Part shown: piece by piece, positions 1-10,757 of the stretch
How the letters are laid out: every line of letters begins with the position of its first letter
Numbering within the stretch: position 1 is the stretch's first letter
Source of the DNA: Macrostomum hystrix
Lineage: Eukaryota; Animalia; Platyhelminthes
Assembly: GCA_950097015.1 (NCBI GenBank)
Contig: CATNEN010000003.1
Coordinates: 13,020,001-13,084,000 of the forward strand
Direction of reading: 5' to 3'
DNA length: 64,000 nucleotides
Translations under genes and position numbers: made by a program
Notes under the pieces: generated by a model
Told to the model about the DNA's origin: nothing
Databases searched by the model: none
The model's input: only the letters and a program-made list of their open reading frames with translations

Positions 1-14
1 TTCTAACAACTCTC

Positions 15-470
15 CCCTGTCTCATCTCTCCTTTGTCTCATCTCTCCCCTGTCTCATCTCTCCTATCTCATCTCTCCCTGTCTCATCTCTCCTTTGTCTC
101 ATCTCTCCCCTGTCTCATCTCTCCTATCTCATCTCTCCCTGTCTCATCTCTCCTATCTCATCTCTCCCTGTCTCATCTCTCCCCTATCTCATCTCTATTC
201 CCTGTCTCATCTCTCCCCTATCTCATCTCTATTCCCTGTCTCATCTCTGCCCTATCTCATCTCTATTCGTTGTCTCATCTCTATTCCCTGTCTGATCTCT
301 CCCTGTTTCATCTCTCCCCTATCACATCTCTCCTCTCTCTCATATTTATTACCTGTCTCATCTCTATTCCATCTCATCTCTCCCCTATCTCATCTCTCCT
401 CTCTCTCATATTTATTACCTGTCTCATCTCTATTCCATCTCATCTCTCCCCTGTATCATCTCTCTTGAGT
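15..470. repeat. Pyrimidine-rich degenerate minisatellite (TCTCATCTCTCCCTG-like, ~15-16 bp)
   Basis: Tandem TCTCATCTCT cores seen directly; ORFs 33..500 and 94..468 are translations of this repeat. Confidence 0.9.
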
Positions 471-1998
471 CTTTACCTTTCCATCAGTAGTACCAAATAA
501 TTGAGTAGCATTTGATGAAGATGTGAAGGTAAAATATAAGTATTGTAGTTTACGAATCCTTTTTGACAGGTCTAGATTTTAAATCCTTTTCAAGCCTTAT
601 AGGCTTGTGTGAAAGCGCTTACATGTTCTGGAGCATAAAATTAAATAACTAATGAATCATATATCATGAGTACATGCCGGTTTAACGCTAATAATTCGTA
701 CATTAAAATGCTTTTTGTGTCTGAATGTGTTGCTATCCTACAATAATTCTTGACTATACAATTAGTTTGAGACCTAAAATTAGCAAATAGTGTTTTTTAA
801 AGCTAAATGACATGCCGATAGTATGGGACACAAGTCGGCTTAATTGCTTTTTTAATCAACTAAAACGCGCATAAACAATCGGGTATATTCCAGGGTTGCA
901 ATCCTTTAATCCCTAATCCCCATCCGCATCGAGACTGGATCTGTTAGGAGATTAAATATGATTTTTAAATTTAAATTGGCTTTCAGAAATATAATATGCG
1001 GACACTAATAGTTGACCAGTTCGTGAACTGAATTGAAACCTGACATCGAAGAGAAGAATATCTAGCGAGACAGACAGAGAAGTAGAACCAGAGGATTAAG
1101 GGATTCTGACAGGAAAATGAAAGAGGGGATGGAGGGTTGACTTGTTTTTTGTTATTTTTGTGTGAAATTACGAGAGAAAAACGTTGAGCAAAAAATGTGC
1201 ATCTTTACATTTTAATCAGCTGGTTTATGAAAATAGGTTTAAATCCAGCAACTGAGAAAGTGAATTTTTTCAAGCGAAACTCGTTAATTTTGTATGGCAA
1301 AAAAATAATAAATGATTAGGAAAACACTTCATAACATCAATCTAGGTTAATTAGTTCTAAATTGAAATTCTAATTTATAAAACTGCTTTCGATTTACAAG
1401 CTGTGTCATTTTTTAAACACAATGTTCAGAGTTTTTCGTGAATAAAAACTTACAAAACTGTTTTGTTTTAAACTTTAAGTTGATTCATTTGTTATAAATG
1501 ACTGCTGCTTGTGCTAAACGTAGAATTTAAATTTAAATTAAAAACATTTGTACCACGAAAGTTAAGTAAATAAAATTGAAAAGTAGTTAAAAAATTAATG
1601 AGAAAAGTAAATTTCTAACTCTAAACGGAAGGTGGAATTAAAGTTTACCTGAGGATCAGTTGAAGGTTATAGCCCAGAGGGACATTGTTGACCCTCTTGT
1701 TAAGGAATAAAAAATGTCGCATTGCTTCGCTACAAATTTTGAGAAAAAATTCAAGTCTGAGACAAGTACACACAATACTTAAGGGCTAGAACTATGGCAA
1801 TCGCATTTGAATAATCGGAAAAACGTTTACTGTTAGTAGCGTGATAGGTATATTTTGCTCTTTTTTAAACGACCAAGTGCATTTTACAACTTGCCACTTT
1901 TAATTGGCAAAAGAAAAAATGTTTTCGTGAATGCAAAATAGTTTTAAAGTGAGCAGCATATAATTAAACTTACGAATATATTACAAAATTTGTATCTA

Positions 1999-2840
1999 AA
2001 TCACCTGTTGGACACAATCCTATCACCTGTTAGACACTAAACCTTATCACCTGTTAGACACTAATACTATCACCTGTTAGACACTAAACCTTATCACCTG
2101 TTAGACACTAATCCTATCACCTGTTAGACACTAAACCTTATCACCTGTTAGACACTAAACCTTATCACCTGTTAGACACTAAACCTTATCACCTGTTAGA
2201 CACTAAACCTTATCACCTGTTAGACACTAAACCTTATCACCTGTTAGACACTAAACCTTATCACCTGTTAGACACTAATCCCTATCACCTGTAAGACACT
2301 CATCCTTATCACCTGTTAGACACGATGCTTGAACAAAGATTTTGTGGACGCGAATCCAACAGCAATTAGTGAAGTTGTCAAACGTCACTTTCCCAGCGCC
2401 CGCAGCACCCGATCCTGATTGAAGACCTTCTCCTCGTGCAGCAGAACAGGTTACCTGTTAGACACTAATCCTATCACCTGTTAGACACTAATCCTATCAC
2501 CTGTTAGACACTGATCCTTATCACCTGTTAGACACTAATCTTATCACCTGTTAGACACTAATCTTATCACCTGTTAGACACTAATCCTATCACCTGTTAG
2601 ACACTAATCCTTATCACCTGTTAGACACTAATCCTATCACCTGTTAGACACTAAACCTTATCACCTGTTAGACACTAAACCTTATCACCTGTTAGACACT
2701 AATCCCTATCACCTGTAAGACACTCATCCTATCACCTGTTAGACACTAATCCTATCACCTGTTAGACACTAAACCTTATCACCTGTTAGACACTAATCCC
2801 TATCACCTGTAAGACACTCATCCTTATCACCTGTTAGACA
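1999..2840. repeat. 23-24 bp minisatellite (ATCACCTGTTAGACACTAAACCTT), interrupted at ~2323-2450 by a duplicated unique segment
   Basis: Period of 24 measured at 2161/2185. Confidence 0.95.
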
Positions 2841-2902
2841 CGATGCTTGAACAAAGATTTTGTGGACGGGAATCCAACAGCAATTAGTGAAGTTGTCAAA
2901 CG

Positions 2903-3457
2903 TCACTTTCCCAGCGCCCGCAGCACCCGATCCTGATTGTAGACCTTCTCCTCGTGCAGCAGAACAGGGTCCTTTCTGCGTCTGAAGCTTTTCACGGGCG
3001 TCGTTTTCATCGTCTTATCATTGTCGCCCGTGTCCCGCTCTTCAACGAGTTTAGCTCTGGAATCCTCCTGCGTTGCTATGGCAACCGACCGGCGATACAA
3101 ATCCGGATGCACGGCTCCGTAGGCTAACATTGGACAAGCCAGACTGAGACTCAATTCTTTATAACTGATTGATTGATTCCCAAAGATTCTCTCGTTTTCC
3201 TCCGAGTCATCCTTAGTCGAATGTCGAAGGTGAGGCGTCAGCGAGTACTTTCCATTGTCGACGCCAAAGTCAGATTGTTGCTCGTAGTCGTCGTCTAGTC
3301 GTCGACGAAAAACTCTCGGCGGGTGTTTGATAGTCATCCTATCCAAGCATTGGGAAGAATCAGAAGTTGATTTTGCCTGGGATTTCAATTGCAACTCGCA
3401 GCCCTCCAGAGAAACGCGAGCGTTACGATTTCGAGCGACAAGTTTGCCAGTTTCCAT
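2903..3457 (-). CDS. Hypothetical 184-aa protein, apparently single exon, no recognised domain
   Basis: ATG-to-TGA ORF in non-repetitive sequence more GC-rich than its flanks; X-box ~180 bp upstream; no homology recognised. Confidence 0.5.
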   Translation of the reverse strand: METGKLVARNRNARVSLEGCELQLKSQAKSTSDSSQCLDRMTIKHPPRVFRRRLDDDYEQQSDFGVDNGKYSLTPHLRHSTKDDSEENERIFGNQSISYKELSLSLACPMLAYGAVHPDLYRRSVAIATQEDSRAKLVEERDTGDNDKTMKTTPVKSFRRRKDPVLLHEEKVYNQDRVLRALGK

Positions 3458-3636
3458 AGCGAAATGAGTGATGAAGCTTTCTGAATTCCTTAGCCAGAAA
3501 AGCTTACACGCAAGTCTTATTTAGAAAACGAAAGTAGACAGGTAATTAATTAGCACACCTGGGGGCTGTCTTTTTCTAGACTAGAAACTGCAAGCATGCC
3601 ACTAATAGTTAATCTGGCGAAATTTAATCTAAATTT

Positions 3637-3650
3637 GTTGTCATAGCAAC
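3637..3650. promoter_or_regulatory. RFX X-box-like site GTTGTCATAGCAAC, with an adjacent half-site CATAGCAAC
   Basis: Matches the GTHNYY-AT-RRNAAC consensus; lies upstream of the 2903..3457 ATG. Confidence 0.5.
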
Positions 3651-3799
3651 AGCATAGCAACAGAAACGGAGAGAGAGTTATGGTGAGGAGACAGTGTCTA
3701 GTTATTTTTTCTATTCGACAAAATACTTACAGGTCTGTGCAAAATGGCTTTTATATAATTAATATTTTGCTTGCTTGTATTCTGCATTCTGTTGCTGAC

Positions 3800-6508
3800 G
3801 TTCTAAAGCCATTCGGCAAGTATCTAACAGGTTGTTCTAAAGCTATTATGCACGTATCTAATAGGTTGTTCTAAAGCTGTTATGCAAGTATCTAATAGGT
3901 TGTTCTAAAGCTGTTATGCAAGTATCTAATAGGTTGTTCTAAAGCCATTCGGCAAGTATCTAACAGGTTGTTCTAAAGCTGTTATGCACGTATCTAATAG
4001 GTTGTTCTAAAGTTGTTATGCAAGTATCTAACGGGTTGTTCTAAAGTTGTTATGCAAGTATCTAATAGGTTGTTCTAAAGCTGTTATGCAAGTATCTAAT
4101 AGGTTGTTCTAAAGCTGTTATGCAAGTATCTAATAGGTTGTTCTAAAGCCATTCGGCAAGTATCTAACAGGTTGTTCTAAAGCTGTTATGCACGTATCTA
4201 ATAGGTTGTTCTAAAGCTATTATGCACGTATCTAATAGGTTGTTCTAAAGCTGTTATGCAAGTATCTAATAGGTTGTTCTAAAGCCATTCGGCAAGTATC
4301 TAACAGGTTGTTCTAAAGCTGTTATGCACGTATCTAATAGGTTGTTCTAAAGTTGTTATGCAAGTATCTAACGGGTTGTTCTAAAGTTGTTATGCAAGTA
4401 TCTAACAGGTTGTTCTAAAGTTGTTATGCAAGTATCTAACGGGTTGTTCTAAAGTTGTTATGCACGTATCTAATAGGTTGTTCTAAAGTTGTTATGCAAG
4501 TATCTAATAGGTTGTTCTAAAGTTGTTATGCACGTATCTAACGGGTTGTTCTAAAGTTGTTATGCAAGTATCTAACAGGTTGTTCTAAAGTTGTTATGCA
4601 AGTATCTAATTGGTTGTTCTAAAGCTGTTATGCAAGTATCTAACAGGTTGTTCTAAAGTTGTTATGCAAGTATCTAACGGGTTGTTCTAAAGTTGTTATG
4701 CAAGTATCTAATAGGTTGTTCTAAAGTTGTTATGCACGTATCTAACAGGTTGTTCTAAAGTTGTTATGCACGTATCTAACGGGTTGTTCTAAAGTTGTTA
4801 TGCAAGTATCTAACGGGTTGTTCTAAAGTTGTTATGCACGTATCTAACAGGTTGTTCTAAAGTTGTTATGCACGTATCTAACGGGTTGTTCTAAAGTTGT
4901 TATGCAAGTATCTAACGGGTTGTTCTAAAGTTGTTATGCAAGTATCTAACAGGTTGTTCTAAAGTTGTTATGCAAGTATCTAACAGGTTGTTCTAAAGTT
5001 GTAATGCAAGTATCTAACAGGTTGTTCTAAAGCTGTTATGCAAGTATCTAACAGTTTGTTCTAAAGTTGTTATGCACGTATCTAACGGGTTGTTCTAAAG
5101 TTGTTATGCACGTATCTAACGGGTTGTTCTAAAGTTGTTATGCACGTATCTAATAGGTTGTTCTAAAGTTGTTATGCAAGTATCTAATAGGTTGTTCTAA
5201 AGTTGTTATGCACGTATCTAACGGGTTGTTCTAAAGTTGTTATGCACGTATCTAACGGGTTGTTCTAAAGTTGTTATGCAAGTATCTAACGGGTTGTTCT
5301 AAAGTTGTTATGCAAGTATCTAACAGGTTGTTCTAAAGTTGTTATGCAAGTATCTAATTGGTTGTTCTAAAGCTGTTATGCACGTATCTAACAGGTTGTT
5401 CTAAAGCCATTCGGCAAGTATCTAACAGGTTGTTCTAAAGCTGTTATGCACGTATCTAATAGGTTGTTCTAAAGCTGTTATGCAAGTATCTAATAGGTTG
5501 TTCTAAAGCCATTCGGCAAGTATCTAACAGGTTGTTCTAAAGCTGTTATGCACGTATCTAATAGGTTTTTCTAAAGTTGTTATGCAAGTATCTAACAGGT
5601 TGTTCTAAAGTTGTTATGCAAGTATCTAACAGGTTGTTCTAAAGTTGTTATGCAAGTATCTAACGGGTTGTTCTAAAGTTGTTATGTACGTATCTAATAG
5701 GTTGTTCTAAAGTTGTTATGCAAGTATCTAATAGGTTGTTCTAAAGTTGTTATGCACGTATCTAACGGGTTGTTCTAAAGTTGTTATGCAAGTATCTAAT
5801 AGGTTGTTCTAAAGTTGTTATGCACGTATCTAACGGGTTGTTCTAAAGTTGTTATGCACGTATCTATTAGGTTGTTCTAAAGTTGTTATGCAAGTATCTA
5901 ATAGGTTGTTCTAAAGTTGTTATGCACGTATCTAACGGGTTGTTCTAAAGTTGTTATGCAAGTATCTAACGGGTTGTTCTAAAGTTGTTATGCAAGTATC
6001 TAACAGGTTGTTCTAAAGTTGTTATGCAAGTATCTAATTGGTTGTTCTAAAGCTGTTATGCACGTATCTAACAGGTTGTTCTAAAGCCATTCGGCAAGTA
6101 TCTAACAGGTTGTTCTAAAGCTGTTATGCACGTATCTAATAGGTTGTTCTAAAGCTGTTATGCAAGTATCTAATAGGTTGTTCTAAAGCCATTCGGCAAG
6201 TATCTAACAGGTTGTTCTAAAGCTGTTATGCACGTATCTAATAGGTTTTTCTAAAGTTGTTATGCAAGTATCTAACAGGTTGTTCTAAAGTTGTTATGCA
6301 AGTATCTAACAGGTTGTTCTAAAGTTGTTATGCAAGTATCTAACAGGTTGTTCTAAAGTTGTTATGCAAGTATCTAACAGGTTGTTCTAAAGTTGTTATG
6401 CAAGTATCTAACAGGTTGTTCTAAAGTTGTTATGCAAGTATCTAACGGGTTGTTCTAAAGTTGTTATGCAAGTATCTAATAGGTTGTTCTAAAGTTGTTA
6501 TGCAAGTA
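3800..6508. repeat. 34-bp minisatellite (TTGTTCTAAAGTTGTTATGCAAGTATCTAACAGG), ~80 copies, with a 680-bp higher-order duplication
   Basis: Period of 34 measured; variant units recur 680 bp (20 units) apart, e.g. 5561/6241. Confidence 0.95.
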
Positions 6509-7584
6509 GTAAAGTTGCCTCTAAAGCTGATAAATAATGAGAAAAAAACAAAAAACGTAATCCTTCTTTTGATTAAACGGTTTAACGGGTAAAGGTGATT
6601 TACAAGCAGAACAAACAGTAATATATTATTTATAACAAATGAGAACATGTACACAAATTGTATGAATAGCAAACAATTTGAATAATATCTTCTGAGAGTC
6701 GGGGAAATTAATAATTGGTTAACAGGATGCTTAAAAATGAGATGAACAAATTTCACTTTAATAATAGATAAGATAAATACATCATGCAGGAAAAAATGCC
6801 CAATTTAAAATCGGTATGAAATAGAGATATTATAAATATTAATGCAGTGTTAATAGTAAAACCAACGTTAAAATGAACAGTCATTGACTTACTTTAAACG
6901 CTTCGTCATTTATCGACTCAAACCTATTAGCCGATATGTGTAGAAAAACGCAACTACAGTTATATTTCGTTTTATCGATACTACTTACATAGTCGATAAA
7001 TTAAGTAGTGCAAACAGCAATTAGAAGGTGAAAGTACAAGAACAAAGAATAACCTTATGCATTTATTTATTATTCAAGCTGCCAGTTTTTTTTTTCATTT
7101 TAAGTTAAGTGAATTAGACACAAATCACATGCCAATGTACAAGAAATACAAGACTGAGTTTTTTATAATCAATCAGAAAATATTAATAACTTAGCTGAAG
7201 CTGCCATAAGCAATGAATAAAACGCAATCGTACGAAATTTTTTTAACATAAAATTTTACACGAAACGAAGACACAAGCAATAACATTTATTAAGTGTATA
7301 AATCATTAATTGCTAAGAATCTCTGATTCAAGAAACTAGTTTCGACTAGACATCGGAACAATTTACTGAGGGACTAGATCACACGGACGGCTAAGATGTC
7401 AATTGTCAAAACGGCACAAAGAAACAAAACCCCACGAGTCTAAAATAATAGAGCTACCCGAACTTCTAAATAAATATTTTTTCGAAAAGCAAATAAGCCA
7501 TAATGACTAGGATACAGCCTCTTAAAGAATGCTTTGAGATTGAGTTTCATAATAGGTCGGGAGTTCGAATCTTGGATGGGTCAG

Positions 7585-10139
7585 TCAATACTGCGGCGAC
7601 GTCTCTAGCGGTGGTATAATCATGAGATTCCCTAGCTCAGCCTCATCTTCATCGTCTTCTTCTCCTTCTTGATCATCTGGTTCAGCTGCCATTCCGTCTC
7701 CATCGAGGTCGTCTTCTTCTTCCGGTCCGAGATCTTCCTCATCTTCTTCGTCATCGTATTCTAATTCTTCGTCGTTATCAAAGTCTTCGTCGTTCTCGTC
7801 GGCGGCATCTGACGATTGCCGCCTCGTCTGCTGCTGCCCGACGCCGCGAAGTCGACTGCGAAGTTGACGGGAGCTGCTGGCACCGCCGGAGGAGGCGGCG
7901 GCGGCGGCTGCCACCGAGTTGGCGGCGATGCGTGAGGACGAGCGCTTCTTGAGCTGGGCGCGCTGGTTCTGAAACCACACCTGAACTACCCGAACCTGAT
8001 GGGATCAGGTGGGTTGGGATGGACAATTGCGATAGAGGGATAGACAGACAGACAGGCAGACAGACAAACAGGCAGACAGACAGACAGACAGACACACAGA
8101 GAGACAGACAGGCAGGCAGGCAGACAGGCAGTCCCTCACCGCCAACCCGGCCTCATTAGCCAGGGCCTCGCAGATCCTCCTAGTTGGCCTCTGGTTCTGT
8201 TCGAAGGCCACTCGAAATCGTCTACGCTGGGCGGCAGTCAGGACGGTGCGAGCTCTGCGCTGATTGGCTGCCGAGTTGGCGTCAGCGGCGGCATCCAAAG
8301 ACGAAGGTCCAACGCCGCCAGTAAGGGGGGTCAGCTGCCTGTCTTCCGGACAGAAATTCACAACGGAAGATGACGAGCCGCCGCTGCAGTCACCGCCGCC
8401 AGTGACGGAGGCCGCATCGCACAGACAGACTGGCCGACCGTCGGTTGGTCTGACAGCGAATTGATCGCCCTTGCGTAGTTGGGCGCCACAGGCGGCGCAA
8501 ACGAAGCAAGCCAGGTGATAGGCGTAGGAATGAGCCCACATGGCTAAGTCTTGCGTAGCAATCGGATGGCAACACGATTGGCAGCGAATGCCGTGACGCC
8601 TGAGTGTTTTTTTTTCGTACACGGTTAACCAAAAATTAAGATATCTTAATACGTCTACTTATAGTAGACTAAAATGAAAAGTAGCATATTTTTTTAGAAA
8701 ATGACTAAAAACTAATATCAAATGTCGCTTACTTTGCATAGTCATGTGCGCAGTACAGACGATTGTCTTTAACAAAGCAGCCTTCGGTTAATTGACAGTT
8801 GCAGGCGCAACACGTGGCGCATTGCTCATGCCAGGCCAGTGACCTAATGCGCAACAGGTATTTGTCAGCTATGACAGTTTGACAGCCTGCGCATGTTTCT
8901 AGAACTTCTGCTGGCTCAGGCAGCTGGTTTTGCAGCAGCAGCTGCTGCTGCTCATCTTCCTGACTAGTTGGATCTGTGATTTCTTTATTGGGAAAAAAAG
9001 AATATTTACATAGTTTAAGTACACTGAGATTGCTAGTTAGAAGAAACAGAGAAACACAAAACTGACTGCATTGTTTTTGTGACATTGTTTTCCAAAACTT
9101 TAAACAATTGGCGGCAAAATGTGCAAGAAAATTCGTGTTCGATTTAGAATATGCAATGTTCATTTAGTGATATTTCCCTAGGACTATATTTCCCTAAAGC
9201 GTACATAGCAGATTACAATGATTGGGCTTTTATGATGCTCAATGCCATGAAAACCGAAGCCTACATATTGTCAAACCTTGTCTCGACTCTCGACATTGAT
9301 AATTGTGGCGCTTTCTTTTCATCTAGCTCCGAAGTATAAAGTACTTTTATTATTTTGCAGAATGCAGGTCAAATTTGTGATGCTTGGTGATAGTGTTTTC
9401 ATAGAAAATATAAATGTGAAACATTAAAAGAAGTTACAATTTCAAATCACAATTATGACCCTTTTGCAACTATACTCAGCAACAGCTAAACCCCCCCCCA
9501 ACTCACGCTGTCAAACGGCCCAAAAGTTTTGTATGCCATCGGTGACTCAGAAATGTGTGAAGGCTGCCGCCGCCAGACGCGAGCGCAAAGTGCGGCATGG
9601 GGGATTTGGGGAGGGGGTGGCGCAACTCAACCCACTGGTGGCTGCATTGCGCAATGGTAAACCATCAATGGTAGCAGTTTCTGCCATTTGCTACGACAAC
9701 CTTTGCCGGCCCGCAGAACTGCATGCTTCAAGACGACAACGCTGCGCCACATCGAGCAGCACACGTGCAGCTGCTCAAGGAGCACCTCGGCATTCGCACA
9801 TTGAACTGGCCGTCAAAGTCTCCAGACATGAACCCCATCGAGCATGTCTGGGACTTTGTAAAGCGAAGAGTTCAGCAGGATGCCCCACAGAATGCTGAAC
9901 AGTTGCGACTGGCGGTGCTGAATGCCTGGCAGCAGCTGCCCCAACAGTTCATCAACCGGCTGGTGATCAGGATGCCACGACGAGTCACGGCACTTTTGCA
10001 TGCTCGTGGTTCCTACACACGATACTGAGACTAGAATTAAAGACATTGCTTAACTTTTGTGCCCGTGTGACAGCGTGAGTTGGGGGGGGGGTTTAGCTGT
10101 TGCTGAGTATAGTATACCAGCAACTTGAACTGATTCCAT
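7585..10139 (-). CDS. Lmx1: LIM-homeobox transcription factor, Lmx1 subfamily. Exons: (10118-10139, tentative), 8733-8973, 8140-8599, 7585-7995; ~377 aa
   Basis: LIM1 CAGC..WHEQCATCCAC..LYCAHDY; LIM2 CQSC..YHLACFVCAACGAQLRKGDQF; homeodomain RRARTVLTAAQRRRFRVAFE..GLA|VRVVQVWFQNQRA, with Lmx-typical RTILT/QRR and WFQNQRA. All junctions GT-AG and phase-consistent. The first 22-nt exon (MESVQVA) is inferred from phase only. Confidence 0.9.
8040..8130. repeat. (AGAC/AGGC)n tetranucleotide repeat in an Lmx intron
   Basis: Seen directly within intron 7996-8139. Confidence 0.85.
9473..10109 (+). mobile_element. Non-autonomous Tc1 (DD34E) DNA transposon, 637 bp, internally deleted; retains the C-terminal transposase fragment (~9676-10028)
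   Basis: ~41-bp TIRs (TACTCAGCAACAGCTAAA-polyC-AACTCACGCTGTCA) with TA duplications at 9471-72 and 10110-11; LQDDNAAPH..WPSKSPDMNPIEHVW with 34 residues between D and E. Confidence 0.93.
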
Positions 10140-10757
10140 TCAGAAACAGATTCCGATGCACCGATGGACTGTGAAAGAATTCATTTCGTAAAAAGGCAAA
10201 GGCTTTCCTGCTGCGGGATTATTCCAAAGCTGCTTAGAGGTTTACGAAAGGTGCAATTAGATTATAGGAATAATGACAGCAAAGTTACATATACGCTCGT
10301 ACTTCAAAGCAGCAGACTGTTGCTTTGATTTGAGATTTGAGTGAACATTGAGTTGAAACCACAGCATATTGACAAAATATTTCAGCTTTAGGGAAATCAA
10401 CACTTTAGAGGGAAGTCCGTTAAAAGGGACTAGAGAATAGTTGACCATATTATGGGAAGTTAGAAAACTTTTAGTGCTTTTTTTCTCTCATTCATGACTT
10501 TTTTCCCTTGTCTCCGACTTCGTTTCCCTCAAAAGAGAAGAATAGCGGAGAGAGAAGAAGAGAAGAAATACAGAGAGAGTAGAGGAGAAGAAAAACCGAG
10601 AAGACAGGGATGTGAAAATAAAAACCAAAAAAGTTCATAAAAATTAAGTCTAACTAAAAAACCCAAAAAACGAACAAAGTTGCAGAAAAGAGAAAATTAC
10701 TTCGTTAATCGCAGTTCGTTTTTCCCTCCTTCGACGGGCAGAGTAGATTTTTTAATA

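Noticed and set aside
7554-7575. Isolated B-box-like GGGAGTTCGAATC after the Lmx stop
   Set aside because: No A-box, cloverleaf or SINE body
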